Origin: Acidimicrobiia bacterium
GTDB taxonomy: Bacteria > Actinomycetota > Acidimicrobiia > IMCC26256 > JACDBD01
Reading direction: 5' to 3'
DNA length: 64,000 nt
Assembly (NCBI GenBank): GCA_050743365.1
Contig: JBOGFI010000072.1
Coordinates: 25,667-89,666 of the forward strand
Shown here: positions 55,908 to 64,000 of the stretch, one piece after another
Layout: each line of letters opens with the position of its first letter
Position numbering within the stretch: the stretch's first letter is position 1
Program-made: the position numbers and the translations under genes
Notes under the pieces: model-generated
Told to the model about the DNA's origin: nothing
The model's database searches: none
What the model saw: the letters and a program-made list of their open reading frames with translations, nothing else

Positions 55908-57616
55908 GGCGCGCCCGCGACGCAGCCGCAGCGCTGGTGCTCGCGGCGTGCACGGCAACCGCCTGCAGCGGCGAGGACACGCGTCGGCGCGACGCCGCTC
56001 CGGCCCCGGCTACGGAAGCCCGTCCCCCGGTCGACCAGGCTCCGGCGGCGACGGCGCCCTGCTACGAGGCGCCGAGGGCCGGCGGCGGGGGCACGGTCAC
56101 GTTCTCCGACGCCACCGAGGACCTCGGCCTGGTGGAGCCGCTGGCCGGGATGCGCGCCCACGCGACCGCGGTTGGCGACGTCGACGCCGATGGCTGGACC
56201 GACCTCTTCGTGGGCACGTTCGCCGACCGGCCACTCGAGGACTACCGGGTGCGCGGGGCCGACGGGCCCGCTCCCGACCGGCTCCTCCTGGGTGGTCCCA
56301 CCGGGTTCCGGCCCGACCCGTCGTTTCCCGGCGAGCTGGGCAGGACGAGCGGGGCCGCCTTCGCCGATCTCGACGGCGACGCCGACCTCGACCTCGTGCT
56401 CTCGCGGAACCACCGCGGTGAGGAGCGGGGGCGGGCGGCATCGGTGGTGCTACGCAACGACGCGGGCGGCTTCTCGATGGCGACCGAGCTCGATGCCCGA
56501 CGAGGAGGCCGCTCGATCGGAGTGCTCGACTACGACGGCGACGGCGCCCTCGACCTGGTGCTCGTCGAGGACCGTGTGAGCGGGGGCTCGACCGCCCTGT
56601 TCCACAATGATGGTGCCTTGCGCTTCTCGGAGGCGACGACGTCGGCGGGCCTGCCGGCCGACGTCCACGGTCTCGGAGTTGCCACCGCCGACCTCAACGG
56701 CGACAGCAGGCCGGACCTCTTCGTGGCCGGCTCGAACCGTCTCTTCGTGAACACCGGCGAGGGACGGTTCCGGGAGGGCGACTCCGAGGTGTTCGCCTGG
56801 AAGCGCTTCGGCGACGAGGACGACGCCGCCGGTGTCGCCGTGGGGGACGTGGACCGCGACGGCCGACCGGACCTCGTCGTCGGCCAGCACTACAACAGCA
56901 CCATCGACGACGGGCGGCGGGTCTCCGTTCGTCTCTACCTCAACCAAGGACCCGACGGGTCCGGCGAGCCGGTCTTCCGCGACGTGACGAAGGAGGCGGG
57001 GCTGATCGGGCTCCCCACGAAAGCGCCCCACGTCGAGATCGTCGACCTCGACGCCGACGGTTGGCCCGACATCCTCACGAGCGCCTCCGCCGCTGACGGC
57101 ACGCGCCCGGCGGTGTTCCGTCACCTCGGCCTCGCCGATGGCTCCCCGCGATTCGAGCCACCGGCGGGCATCGGGAAGCCCCAGTACTGGGTGGCCGGCG
57201 CCACGCTCGATGCCGACCGCGACGGGCGTCTCGACGTGTTCATCGCCGAGTTCGAACCGGAGCTCGGCTCCCGCTTGTTGCGCAACGACAGCGACACCGC
57301 CCACTGGCTGGCCGTCGCCGTGGGGCCGTCGGGAGCGGGCGGGATCGGCGCCACCGTCGACGTGTACCGGGGCGGACGGCTCGGCGAACGGGCGGATCTG
57401 CTCGGGACGAGCGAGATCGCGGCGTCGACCGGGTACGGGTCGGGATCTGCGCCACTGGCACGCTTTGGCCTCGGGGGCGAGTCCCGCGTCGACGTGGTCG
57501 TGCGCTTCCCGGACGGACGGCCGCCGCTGGACCTCCGGGCAGTGGCTGCCGACCGGCTGCTCGAGGTGGCCCCGGAGGCCGGCTGTGACGGGGGACCGTG
57601 CACGTCCTGTACGTGA
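55904..57616 (+). CDS. FG-GAP/VCBS-repeat lipoprotein with an ASPIC/UnbV-like C-terminus (CRTAC1-like)
   Basis: ATGA overlap at 55904. The signal is MRRARDAAAALVLAACTATAC, with lipobox LAAC. Repeated DVDADGWTDLFVG, DLDGDADLDLV, DYDGDGALDLV, DLNGDSRPDLFV, DVDRDGRPDLVV and DLDADGWPDIL motifs follow. Confidence 0.75.
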   Translation: MRRARDAAAALVLAACTATACSGEDTRRRDAAPAPATEARPPVDQAPAATAPCYEAPRAGGGGTVTFSDATEDLGLVEPLAGMRAHATAVGDVDADGWTDLFVGTFADRPLEDYRVRGADGPAPDRLLLGGPTGFRPDPSFPGELGRTSGAAFADLDGDADLDLVLSRNHRGEERGRAASVVLRNDAGGFSMATELDARRGGRSIGVLDYDGDGALDLVLVEDRVSGGSTALFHNDGALRFSEATTSAGLPADVHGLGVATADLNGDSRPDLFVAGSNRLFVNTGEGRFREGDSEVFAWKRFGDEDDAAGVAVGDVDRDGRPDLVVGQHYNSTIDDGRRVSVRLYLNQGPDGSGEPVFRDVTKEAGLIGLPTKAPHVEIVDLDADGWPDILTSASAADGTRPAVFRHLGLADGSPRFEPPAGIGKPQYWVAGATLDADRDGRLDVFIAEFEPELGSRLLRNDSDTAHWLAVAVGPSGAGGIGATVDVYRGGRLGERADLLGTSEIAASTGYGSGSAPLARFGLGGESRVDVVVRFPDGRPPLDLRAVAADRLLEVAPEAGCDGGPCTSCT

Positions 57617-58746
57617 TCGACAGCCTCGTTCCGGCGGGCGCCGAGCGGTCCCTGGAGGCGCTCGCTCCGCGTTACGCCGCCCGGGGCGTGCGCCTGGACG
57701 TCGCCTACCTCCACGAGCGCGCCGGGCTCCACCAGCAGCTCGAGGCAGCCGGCGCTCGCCTCTTCACGCTCGCGGGCCACGGCGGCCGCGCCGGGTGGGT
57801 CCGGCGAGCGGCGTCGCTGACCGCGCGGCTCCGTCCCGATCTCGTCCACACGACCCTCTTCGAGGCCGACGTCACCGGCCGAGTCGCGGCACGCCTCGCG
57901 CGCGTCCCCGTCGTCTCGAGCCTCGTGAACGAGGTCTACGGGGCCGCGCACGTGGGCGATCCCGAACTGCGCCGGTGGAAGGTGCGCGGCGCGCAGCTAC
58001 TCGACGCCGCGACCGCCCGCCTCGCAAGCCGGCTCCATGCCGTCTCCGGTCACGTGGCCGACACCATGGCGCGCCAGATTCGCTTCCCCCGGGAGCGCAT
58101 CGACGTCGTCCCGCGCGGCCGCGACCCGGCCCGGCTCGGTCGGCGGACGCCGGCGCGGCGGGCCGCGGCGCGGACGCGCCTCGGTGTGGGTGACCGGGCA
58201 CCGTTGCTGCTGGCCGTCGCTCGCCAGGAGCACCAGAAGGGTCTCGACGTGCTGCTTGATGCCGTCGCGCTCGTACGGAACGAGGTGCCGGAGGCTCGGC
58301 TCGTCGTCGCCGGGCGAGCGGGAAGCCAGACGCCGTTACTCCGCGACCGCGTGAGCCGACTGCGACTGGGTGACGCGGTCTCCTTCCTCGGGAGCAGGGA
58401 CGACGTGGCCGACCTGCTGTGCGCCGCCGACGTGTTCGTACTGCCCTCCCGCCGCGAGGGTCTGCCCGGCTCGGTGCTGGAAGCGATGGCACTGGAGGCG
58501 CCGATCGTGGCCAGCGACCTGGCCGAGGTACGTGAGGTGGTCGACGGCGACTGCGCCCGCCTGGTCGCCCCCGGCTCGCCCGAGGCACTGGCGGCCGCGA
58601 TCGCGGGCGTCATGAGCGACCCGGCACCTGCCGGTGCCCGCGCCCGCCGGGCGGCCGCCCGGTTCTACGAGCGCTTCACCATCGATAGGGTCGCCGATCA
58701 GATGCTGACCTTCTATGCACGCGCCCTCGATCGCCCGGCGCGGTGA
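57598..58746 (+). CDS. Glycosyltransferase family 4
   Basis: The N-terminus is VHVLYVIDSLVPAGAERSL. The C-terminal signature is LPSRREGLPGSVLEAMALEAPIVASDLAEVREVVDG. Confidence 0.85.
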   Translation: MHVLYVIDSLVPAGAERSLEALAPRYAARGVRLDVAYLHERAGLHQQLEAAGARLFTLAGHGGRAGWVRRAASLTARLRPDLVHTTLFEADVTGRVAARLARVPVVSSLVNEVYGAAHVGDPELRRWKVRGAQLLDAATARLASRLHAVSGHVADTMARQIRFPRERIDVVPRGRDPARLGRRTPARRAAARTRLGVGDRAPLLLAVARQEHQKGLDVLLDAVALVRNEVPEARLVVAGRAGSQTPLLRDRVSRLRLGDAVSFLGSRDDVADLLCAADVFVLPSRREGLPGSVLEAMALEAPIVASDLAEVREVVDGDCARLVAPGSPEALAAAIAGVMSDPAPAGARARRAAARFYERFTIDRVADQMLTFYARALDRPAR

Positions 58747-59896
58747 GCGAGGCGACCGCGACGTGGTGACCGTGCTGTACCGCGGGCCCTTCCAGGGCCG
58801 GCGGCTCGGCTTCCTCCTCGAGTCGATCTCCCGGGTGCACGGCGAGGTGGACCTGACCTGGCTGAACCCGCGCCTCGAGCCCGGTGCCACGACCGGGTGG
58901 TTCTTCGAGTGGGTCGACGAGTGGTGGCCGTTCGTCGCGCGCCGCTCGGAGGTCGACGGCAATCTGCGCTCGCTGCCGCGGGTCGTGCGGCACCTCCGGC
59001 GCCGGCTCGGCCGCCGACCTGACGTCGTCTATGCGATCGGGTCGCTGACGCTCCCGTACGCGCGGGCGATCGCCCCTCGAGCGTTCGCCTGGTGCATCAA
59101 CGGAATCCCGGAGGAACGGCTGCTCCACGACCGCGGGTGGCGGTCGCAAACGGCCGTTCGAGCGGAATGGCTCGTCACGCGCGCCGGTCGGCGACCCGAC
59201 GTCGTGGTGACGGTCTCCGGTCCTATGGGGAAGCTGATCGAGCGCCGGCTCCCCGGCACGAGGTGGATCAACGCGCCGACGTGCGTCGACCTCGAGACGT
59301 TCCGGCCGCCGCCGAACGTGACGCGTTCGCGCCTCACCTACGTCGGGTCCGGGGCTCCCTGGCAGTGCCTCGACCTGCTGGCGGCGGTGTGGAGTGAGCT
59401 GTACCGCCTCGATCCGTCGCTGCGCTTCCGGGTGATCTCACGCGACGAGCGGACGCGGGTTCTCGCCGCGGCCCTGCCCGCCTCGGTGGTGGAGCTGCGC
59501 GGGGCGGAGGTGCCGCAGGAGGTGGCGACCGCCCTCTGGGAGGCGGAGCTGGGGTTCCTGCTCCGCACGCCGGGAATCGTGAACGAGACGTCGTTCCCTA
59601 CGAAGTTCGGCGAGTACGTGGCGGCCGGCGTCCCGGTGGTGAGCACCGACGTCGGCTGGGACCTGGCTGCGATGGTGCGAGGCACCGGGTGCGGGGTGAT
59701 CGTCGATTGGCGGGCGGACCCGTCCGTGGTCGCGAGGGATGCGCTCGCTCTGCGTCACCGTGCAACCCGGAACGGCGGCGACATTCGTCGGGCATGCGAG
59801 GAAGCCGCGGCGATGCTTGCCCGGGAGCGGTGGGTCGAAGCGCTCGCCCTTGCTCTACGCGACGAGTTGGCCCACGCGCGGCGCCGGGCCGACTAG
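58715..59896 (+). CDS. Glycosyltransferase-like protein (GT-B fold suspected)
   Basis: The C-terminal region is FPTKFGEYVAAGVPVVSTDVGWDLAAMVRGTGCGVIVD. The start is uncertain: ATG at 58715 overlaps the upstream gene by 32 nt, whereas GTG at 58763 follows a GAGG. Confidence 0.6.
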   Translation: MHAPSIARRGERGDRDVVTVLYRGPFQGRRLGFLLESISRVHGEVDLTWLNPRLEPGATTGWFFEWVDEWWPFVARRSEVDGNLRSLPRVVRHLRRRLGRRPDVVYAIGSLTLPYARAIAPRAFAWCINGIPEERLLHDRGWRSQTAVRAEWLVTRAGRRPDVVVTVSGPMGKLIERRLPGTRWINAPTCVDLETFRPPPNVTRSRLTYVGSGAPWQCLDLLAAVWSELYRLDPSLRFRVISRDERTRVLAAALPASVVELRGAEVPQEVATALWEAELGFLLRTPGIVNETSFPTKFGEYVAAGVPVVSTDVGWDLAAMVRGTGCGVIVDWRADPSVVARDALALRHRATRNGGDIRRACEEAAAMLARERWVEALALALRDELAHARRRAD

Positions 59897-59900
59897 ACGG

Positions 59901-60830
59901 TCAGGGAGTGCTCTCGAGGAGCAGCACCGTTCCACGCGGCCGCCGCACGGCATGCACGAGCGCGCTCGCCACGGATCGAACCGGCTGCCATTGACTGAGA
60001 CGCTGACGCAGAGGTATCCGCGCCTCGCGGAGGCCGGCTGTGGTCGTCATCGTCACGAGCGAGCGATGGTCGAAGCAGTTCAGGTGCTCGAGTGGCGCAA
60101 CCGCGTTGAGCGAGTCGGGCGAGCCCTTCGGAGCGTCCCAATCGCCGCGGGCGAGCCGGTCCTTGATGTCGGAGCCGTTCGGGACGCTGATTCGAAGGAT
60201 GCCACCGGGCCGCAGCGCGCGCCGGAGCCGAGCCGCGGTCTCCAGCGGTGCCGTCAGGTGCTCGAACACCTGCTCCGTGTTGATGAAGTGGAACCTACTC
60301 TCGGGGAGGTCCGTCTCGTCGAGCACCTCGACGGCCTGCTCGGTCGCGCGGTCGCGCCGCTCGTCCGAGAACTCGACGCCACTGACAGTGCATCCCAACG
60401 CCGCGGCCATCTGGAGCCAGATACCCCAACCCATTCCGTAGTCGAGAACCTCGACTTCCGACGGATCGACGCGGAAGTACTCGATGAGGCTCATGATCTG
60501 GAACGCGTACGTGCGACGCTGGTGCAGGCCACGTGCTACAGCCTTGTCGTGGGACTCCTCGCGGAGGATCCATTCCCCGTAGAGTGTTCTGAGCAACTCC
60601 GCGTCCGGTACGTGCTGCTGGAACACCAGCGAGCACGCATCGCACTCGGCAAGGGTGTAATGCCAGGGCGACAACCGCGCCGGGTCACATCGGCCACCAT
60701 AGAAGGAGAGCAAGTAGTCGCTGATGGGTGGCCGGTCGAAGGGGCAGTCGTAGAGCACACCGTGACTGGTCGCCGAGCAACCCGGACACGACTCGCGCCG
60801 CAGCAGCTGTTGCCTCCTGTGTTGCCTCAT
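59901..60830 (-). CDS. Class I SAM-dependent methyltransferase with an N-terminal Cys-rich segment
   Basis: The Cys-rich segment is CPGCS...CDACS. Motif I is VLDYGMGWGIW. Further motifs are FINTEQVFEHL and LRPGGILRISVPNG. Confidence 0.8.
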   Translation of the reverse strand: MRQHRRQQLLRRESCPGCSATSHGVLYDCPFDRPPISDYLLSFYGGRCDPARLSPWHYTLAECDACSLVFQQHVPDAELLRTLYGEWILREESHDKAVARGLHQRRTYAFQIMSLIEYFRVDPSEVEVLDYGMGWGIWLQMAAALGCTVSGVEFSDERRDRATEQAVEVLDETDLPESRFHFINTEQVFEHLTAPLETAARLRRALRPGGILRISVPNGSDIKDRLARGDWDAPKGSPDSLNAVAPLEHLNCFDHRSLVTMTTTAGLREARIPLRQRLSQWQPVRSVASALVHAVRRPRGTVLLLESTP

Positions 60831-61941
60831 GTGGGGTAAGCCTAACTACGCTCGCCGCAAGCGCGAGACGGACGTCCTCCAGGTCATCACGTCGACCGAC
60901 CGGAGGGGCGCGGAGGTCTTCGCCGTCGACCTGGGGGAGGCGCTGACCCGACGAGGACGGCGCGTCCGGACGGTCGCGCTGACCCCGGGTGACGCACCCG
61001 GTGGGCTCGACGTACCGACGCTGGGCCAGCGACGGCTGGGAGCGGGGACGCTCGCGGCGCTGCGGGTCGAGGCGCGAGCCGCCCGGCTCGTCATCGCGCA
61101 CGGATCGACCACGTTGCCGGCGTGTGCACTCGCGACCCTCGGCACCGGTGTTCCGTTCGTGTACCGGAACATCGGGGATCCGGCCCACTGGTCCGGCACG
61201 CGCGGGCGCCGGCTGCGGTCGTCGCTCCTGCTCCGGCGGGCGCGCGCCGTCGTGGCGCTCAGCCCCGGCACTGCCGGGGAACTGGCGGACCGGTACCGCG
61301 TGCAGCCGAGCCGCATTCGGGTCATCCCGACCGGGAGCCCGGCTAGCCGGTTTCAACCTGCCGACGAGGGGGCCCGGCTTCGGGGGCGGGAGACCTTCGG
61401 CCTGACGCGAACGCAGAAGGTGGTGCTGTACCTGGGGGCATTGAGCAGCGAGAAGAAGGTCGGGCTGGCCATCGAGGCTGTTGCCCGGCTGGCGGGCGTA
61501 CACCTGCTCGTCGTCGGCGACGGCCCCGAACGACGAGCACTCGAGCTCCTGGCGCGGGAGGTGGCACCCGAGGAAGTCCGCTTCGCCGGAGCAACCGAGG
61601 ACCCGGCGCAAGCACTGGCTGCGGCCGACGTGCTCGTGCTCCCGAGCAGCACCGAAGGCCTTCCCGCGGTCCTCATCGAGGCGGGCCTCAGCCGGGTGCC
61701 GGTGGTCGCAACCGACGTCGGGCTCGTTCGCGACATCGTCGTCGACCACCGAACCGGCTTGCTGGTGCCGACGGGTGATGTCGAAGCGCTGGCCGCCGCC
61801 CTGGCGGCCGCGCTCAGCGACGCCGCCCGGCTCGCCGAAGCGGCGCGCGTGCACTGTCTCGAGCGCTTCGAGCTCGGTGTGGTCGCCGCCCTCTGGCACG
61901 ACCTCATCTGCGAGATCATCGGCTTTCGGCTCGACGGTTAG
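60829..61941 (+). CDS. Glycosyltransferase family 4
   Basis: Motifs are VLQVITSTDRRGAEVFAVDL and LPSSTEGLPAVLIEAGLSRVPVVATDVGLVRDIVVDHRTGLLV. ATG at 60829 is the only in-frame start before the conserved core. Confidence 0.8.
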   Translation: MWGKPNYARRKRETDVLQVITSTDRRGAEVFAVDLGEALTRRGRRVRTVALTPGDAPGGLDVPTLGQRRLGAGTLAALRVEARAARLVIAHGSTTLPACALATLGTGVPFVYRNIGDPAHWSGTRGRRLRSSLLLRRARAVVALSPGTAGELADRYRVQPSRIRVIPTGSPASRFQPADEGARLRGRETFGLTRTQKVVLYLGALSSEKKVGLAIEAVARLAGVHLLVVGDGPERRALELLAREVAPEEVRFAGATEDPAQALAAADVLVLPSSTEGLPAVLIEAGLSRVPVVATDVGLVRDIVVDHRTGLLVPTGDVEALAAALAAALSDAARLAEAARVHCLERFELGVVAALWHDLICEIIGFRLDG

Positions 61942-61951
61942 GGTCCTGGCC

Positions 61952-63073
61952 GTGCGGGTGATCTGCGTGGCGGGCGCGCGACCCAACTTCATGAAGGTCA
62001 AGCCGGTGCTGGAGGTGCTGGAGGCGCGGCGCGTCGAGGTCGTGCTCGTGCACACCGGGCAGCACTACGACACCTCGATGAGCGACGTGTTCTTCGAGGA
62101 TCTCGGCCTCCGAAAGCCCGACTGGCACCTCGGGGTAGGGCCCGGCAGCCATGCCGCCCAGACCGGCAAGGTGATGATGGAGTTCGAGCCGCTCGTCGAG
62201 CGACTGTCGCCCGACGTCGTGATCGTCGTCGGCGACGTCAACTCGACGCTCGCCTGCGCGCTCGTGGCTGCGAAGGCCGGCCCGCTCCTGGCTCACGTCG
62301 AGGCGGGTCTGCGGAGCCGAGACTGGACCATGCCCGAGGAGATCAACCGCGTCGTCACCGACCGGGTGAGCGACCTGCTGTTCGTCCCGTCCGCTGACGC
62401 GGTGACGAACCTCGAGGCCGAGGGGTGCAGGCCCGACCAGATCCATCTCGTGGGGAACGTGATGGTCGACACGCTCATGGCGAACCTCGAACGCGCCCGG
62501 CAGCGTCCGGCGCTCGCGAGGTTCGGGGTGGAGGCGGGCGGCTACGGCCTCGTCACGTTGCACCGGCCGGCCAACGTGGACGACCCGTCGGAGCTGCGGC
62601 CGCTTCTCGATGCCCTGGGGGAGATCGCGCGCGAAGTGCCGCTGATCTTCCCGGTCCACCCTCGGGCGGCTGTCCGGCTCGAGGCCCTCGGGGCGCCAAG
62701 GGGCGTGACGGTCACCCCGCCCTTGCGCTACCTCGACTTCCTCGCGCTCGAGGCCGGGGCGCGGCTGGTCCTCACCGACTCGGGCGGCGTCCAGGAGGAG
62801 ACGACGGTGCTCGGCGTCGCGTGCTTGACGATTCGTGACACCACCGAGCGCCCCATCACTGTCAGCGAGGGCACGAACACGGTGGTGGGCCGGGACCCGC
62901 AACGAATCGTCGCCAACGCTTGTCGCGTGCTGCGGGACGGCGTCGAGGCCCGGCGCCCGTCCTTGTGGGACGGGCGGGCGAGCGAGCGGATCGCCGACGC
63001 CCTCCTCGAGGTCCGCCCGGGCCGGCCCCGACCGAGCGACGAAGACCGTCGGGCCGCGAGCCCGACCACGTGA
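61952..63073 (+). CDS. wecB: UDP-N-acetylglucosamine 2-epimerase (non-hydrolysing)
   Basis: In-frame GTG at 61952 gives VRVICVAGARPNFMKVKPVLEVL. Motifs are HTGQHYD, VVGDVNSTLA, HVEAGLRS and TDSGGVQEE. Confidence 0.9.
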   Translation: MRVICVAGARPNFMKVKPVLEVLEARRVEVVLVHTGQHYDTSMSDVFFEDLGLRKPDWHLGVGPGSHAAQTGKVMMEFEPLVERLSPDVVIVVGDVNSTLACALVAAKAGPLLAHVEAGLRSRDWTMPEEINRVVTDRVSDLLFVPSADAVTNLEAEGCRPDQIHLVGNVMVDTLMANLERARQRPALARFGVEAGGYGLVTLHRPANVDDPSELRPLLDALGEIAREVPLIFPVHPRAAVRLEALGAPRGVTVTPPLRYLDFLALEAGARLVLTDSGGVQEETTVLGVACLTIRDTTERPITVSEGTNTVVGRDPQRIVANACRVLRDGVEARRPSLWDGRASERIADALLEVRPGRPRPSDEDRRAASPTT

Positions 63074-63095
63074 CTGACGATTACCCTGCGCGCGC

Positions 63096-64000
63096 GTGGC
63101 GGAGAACCCCGAGCGGCTGACGACGCGCGCGGCCGTCTCCACCGGCCCCCGGGTCGCCCTGGCGTCGCCCGGCCTGAACGTGATTACGGGCGCGCCCCGC
63201 CGGGCTCGTGTCATCGACGTCGTGGTCGGGTCGCTCGTCGCCCTGGTCGGCACGGTGCTGTTCGTGTTCGCGACCCGCGGAGGTCTCGGCTTCAGTCCCG
63301 ACTCGGTGGTGTACACAGACGCTGCCCGCAGCATCGCGAGCGGACACGGGTACACGAGGCTCGTCGGCGAGACCGGCCGGGAGGCAATCGGCGCGTTCCC
63401 GCCGCTGTATTCGGCCGCGCTCGCCCCGTTCGACGTCGTCGGACTCGACGTCGCGACGGGGGCACGAGTGCTGAACGGCCTCCTGTTCGTGGGGACTGGG
63501 ATCCTGCTGTACGTGCTCCTCCTGAGGCTCACCGGGGGCTCCCGGGTCGTCGCGACCCTCGGCGCGGGGGCGTTCGTGTTGGCCGAAGAGATCGTGGCCC
63601 TGCAGGGTGCCCTGGTCAGCGAGAGCTTGTTCCTCTTCCTCGTTGTCGTGTTCTTCCTGACCCTGGACGCGTACCTCCTCCGCGCCTCCCGTCCGCTGCT
63701 CGTCGCTCTGGGCCTCGTGGCCGCGCTGGCGGCGTTGACTCGATACGTCGGCATTGCCCTCGTCCTGTCGGGCGCCGCCACCTTGCTCCTGGTGGGAGCC
63801 GGTGACCGGGGCCGCCGGGCGAGAGCGGCGGCACTCTTCGGCGCGGTGGCCCTGACGCCGCAGGTCGCGTGGTTCGTGCGCAACCAGGTGTCGGACGCAC
63901 GTTCGCATCAGCGTTTCGACGTGCACCCGGTGCGGGCCGAGCAGGTGGAGAACGGGCTGGGCGTGGTCTCGGACTGGTTCTTCCCCGCGCCCATCCCCGC
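63096..64000 (+). CDS. Polytopic membrane protein, ArnT/GT39-like glycosyltransferase candidate; 3' end beyond the window
   Basis: Absent from the track because it runs off the edge. Own translation: ...VIDVVVGSLVALVGTVLFVFATRGGLGFSPDSVVYTDAARSIASGHGYTRL...FPPLYSAALAP... It has several TM segments and an N-terminal pattern reminiscent of ArnT/PMT_2 proteins. The start is GTG at 63096 or 63180. Confidence 0.45.
   Translation, partial: MAENPERLTTRAAVSTGPRVALASPGLNVITGAPRRARVIDVVVGSLVALVGTVLFVFATRGGLGFSPDSVVYTDAARSIASGHGYTRLVGETGREAIGAFPPLYSAALAPFDVVGLDVATGARVLNGLLFVGTGILLYVLLLRLTGGSRVVATLGAGAFVLAEEIVALQGALVSESLFLFLVVVFFLTLDAYLLRASRPLLVALGLVAALAALTRYVGIALVLSGAATLLLVGAGDRGRRARAAALFGAVALTPQVAWFVRNQVSDARSHQRFDVHPVRAEQVENGLGVVSDWFFPAPIP

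Noticed and set aside
61916-63883. 655-aa minus-strand ORF
   Set aside because: It lies antisense to wecB (strong motifs) and to the polytopic membrane gene. The product is R/P/A/T-rich junk, so it is a shadow ORF.
1-64000. CRISPR arrays, IS elements, transposases, integrases, prophage genes, toxin-antitoxin pairs and rRNA
   Set aside because: I looked especially around the tRNA, the 161-bp repeats and the tandem array. No spaced short repeats, terminal inverted repeats, DDE or tyrosine-recombinase motifs, or rRNA-like sequence was found.

Overview
High-GC (by eye about 70%) actinobacterial-type chromosomal segment with roughly 56 protein genes and one tRNA. No rRNA, CRISPR array, transposase or integrase was seen. 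The supplied ORF track is dominated by GC-rich shadow ORFs and over-extended N-termini, so starts were re-derived from motifs, SD sites and 4-nt stop/start overlaps. Layout: (a) 1-20514 is a Wzx/Wzy-dependent glycan locus. It holds a carbamoyltransferase, SDR enzymes, many GT4/GT2 genes, an AsnB-type amidotransferase, a methyltransferase, a WecD-like acetyltransferase, a DegT aminotransferase, a flippase, a Wzy-like polymerase and a convergent Wzc-type tyrosine kinase. (b) 20577-31166 is a mixed block: a GGDEF/EAL pair bracketed by a 161-bp duplication of the hemolysin-III gene 3' end, an aldehyde dehydrogenase, a frameshifted GT4, tRNA-Arg(CCG), a sugar dehydrogenase / LMW-PTP / epimerase operon and a second GGDEF gene. 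(c) 31296-36593 is the housekeeping argS-lysA-hom-thrC block. (d) 36625-53893 is an ABC-transporter-dependent glycan locus with a sulfotransferase, rfbF, an SDR, five TylCIII-like methyltransferase modules in tandem (two fused in one ORF), a Tat-lipoprotein G8/beta-helix enzyme, four GT2 genes and Wzm/Wzt. (e) 53919-64000 holds a BldD-like regulator, two lipoproteins, more GT4 and methyltransferase genes, wecB and a partial polytopic glycosyltransferase-like gene. The most interesting candidates are the methyltransferase array with a fused, motif-degenerate module inside a locus that sits where thrB is expected, and the c-di-GMP layer (two cyclases, one phosphodiesterase, a BldD-like effector) interleaved with the glycan loci. 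All functional calls rest on motif recognition by eye; no database search was run.
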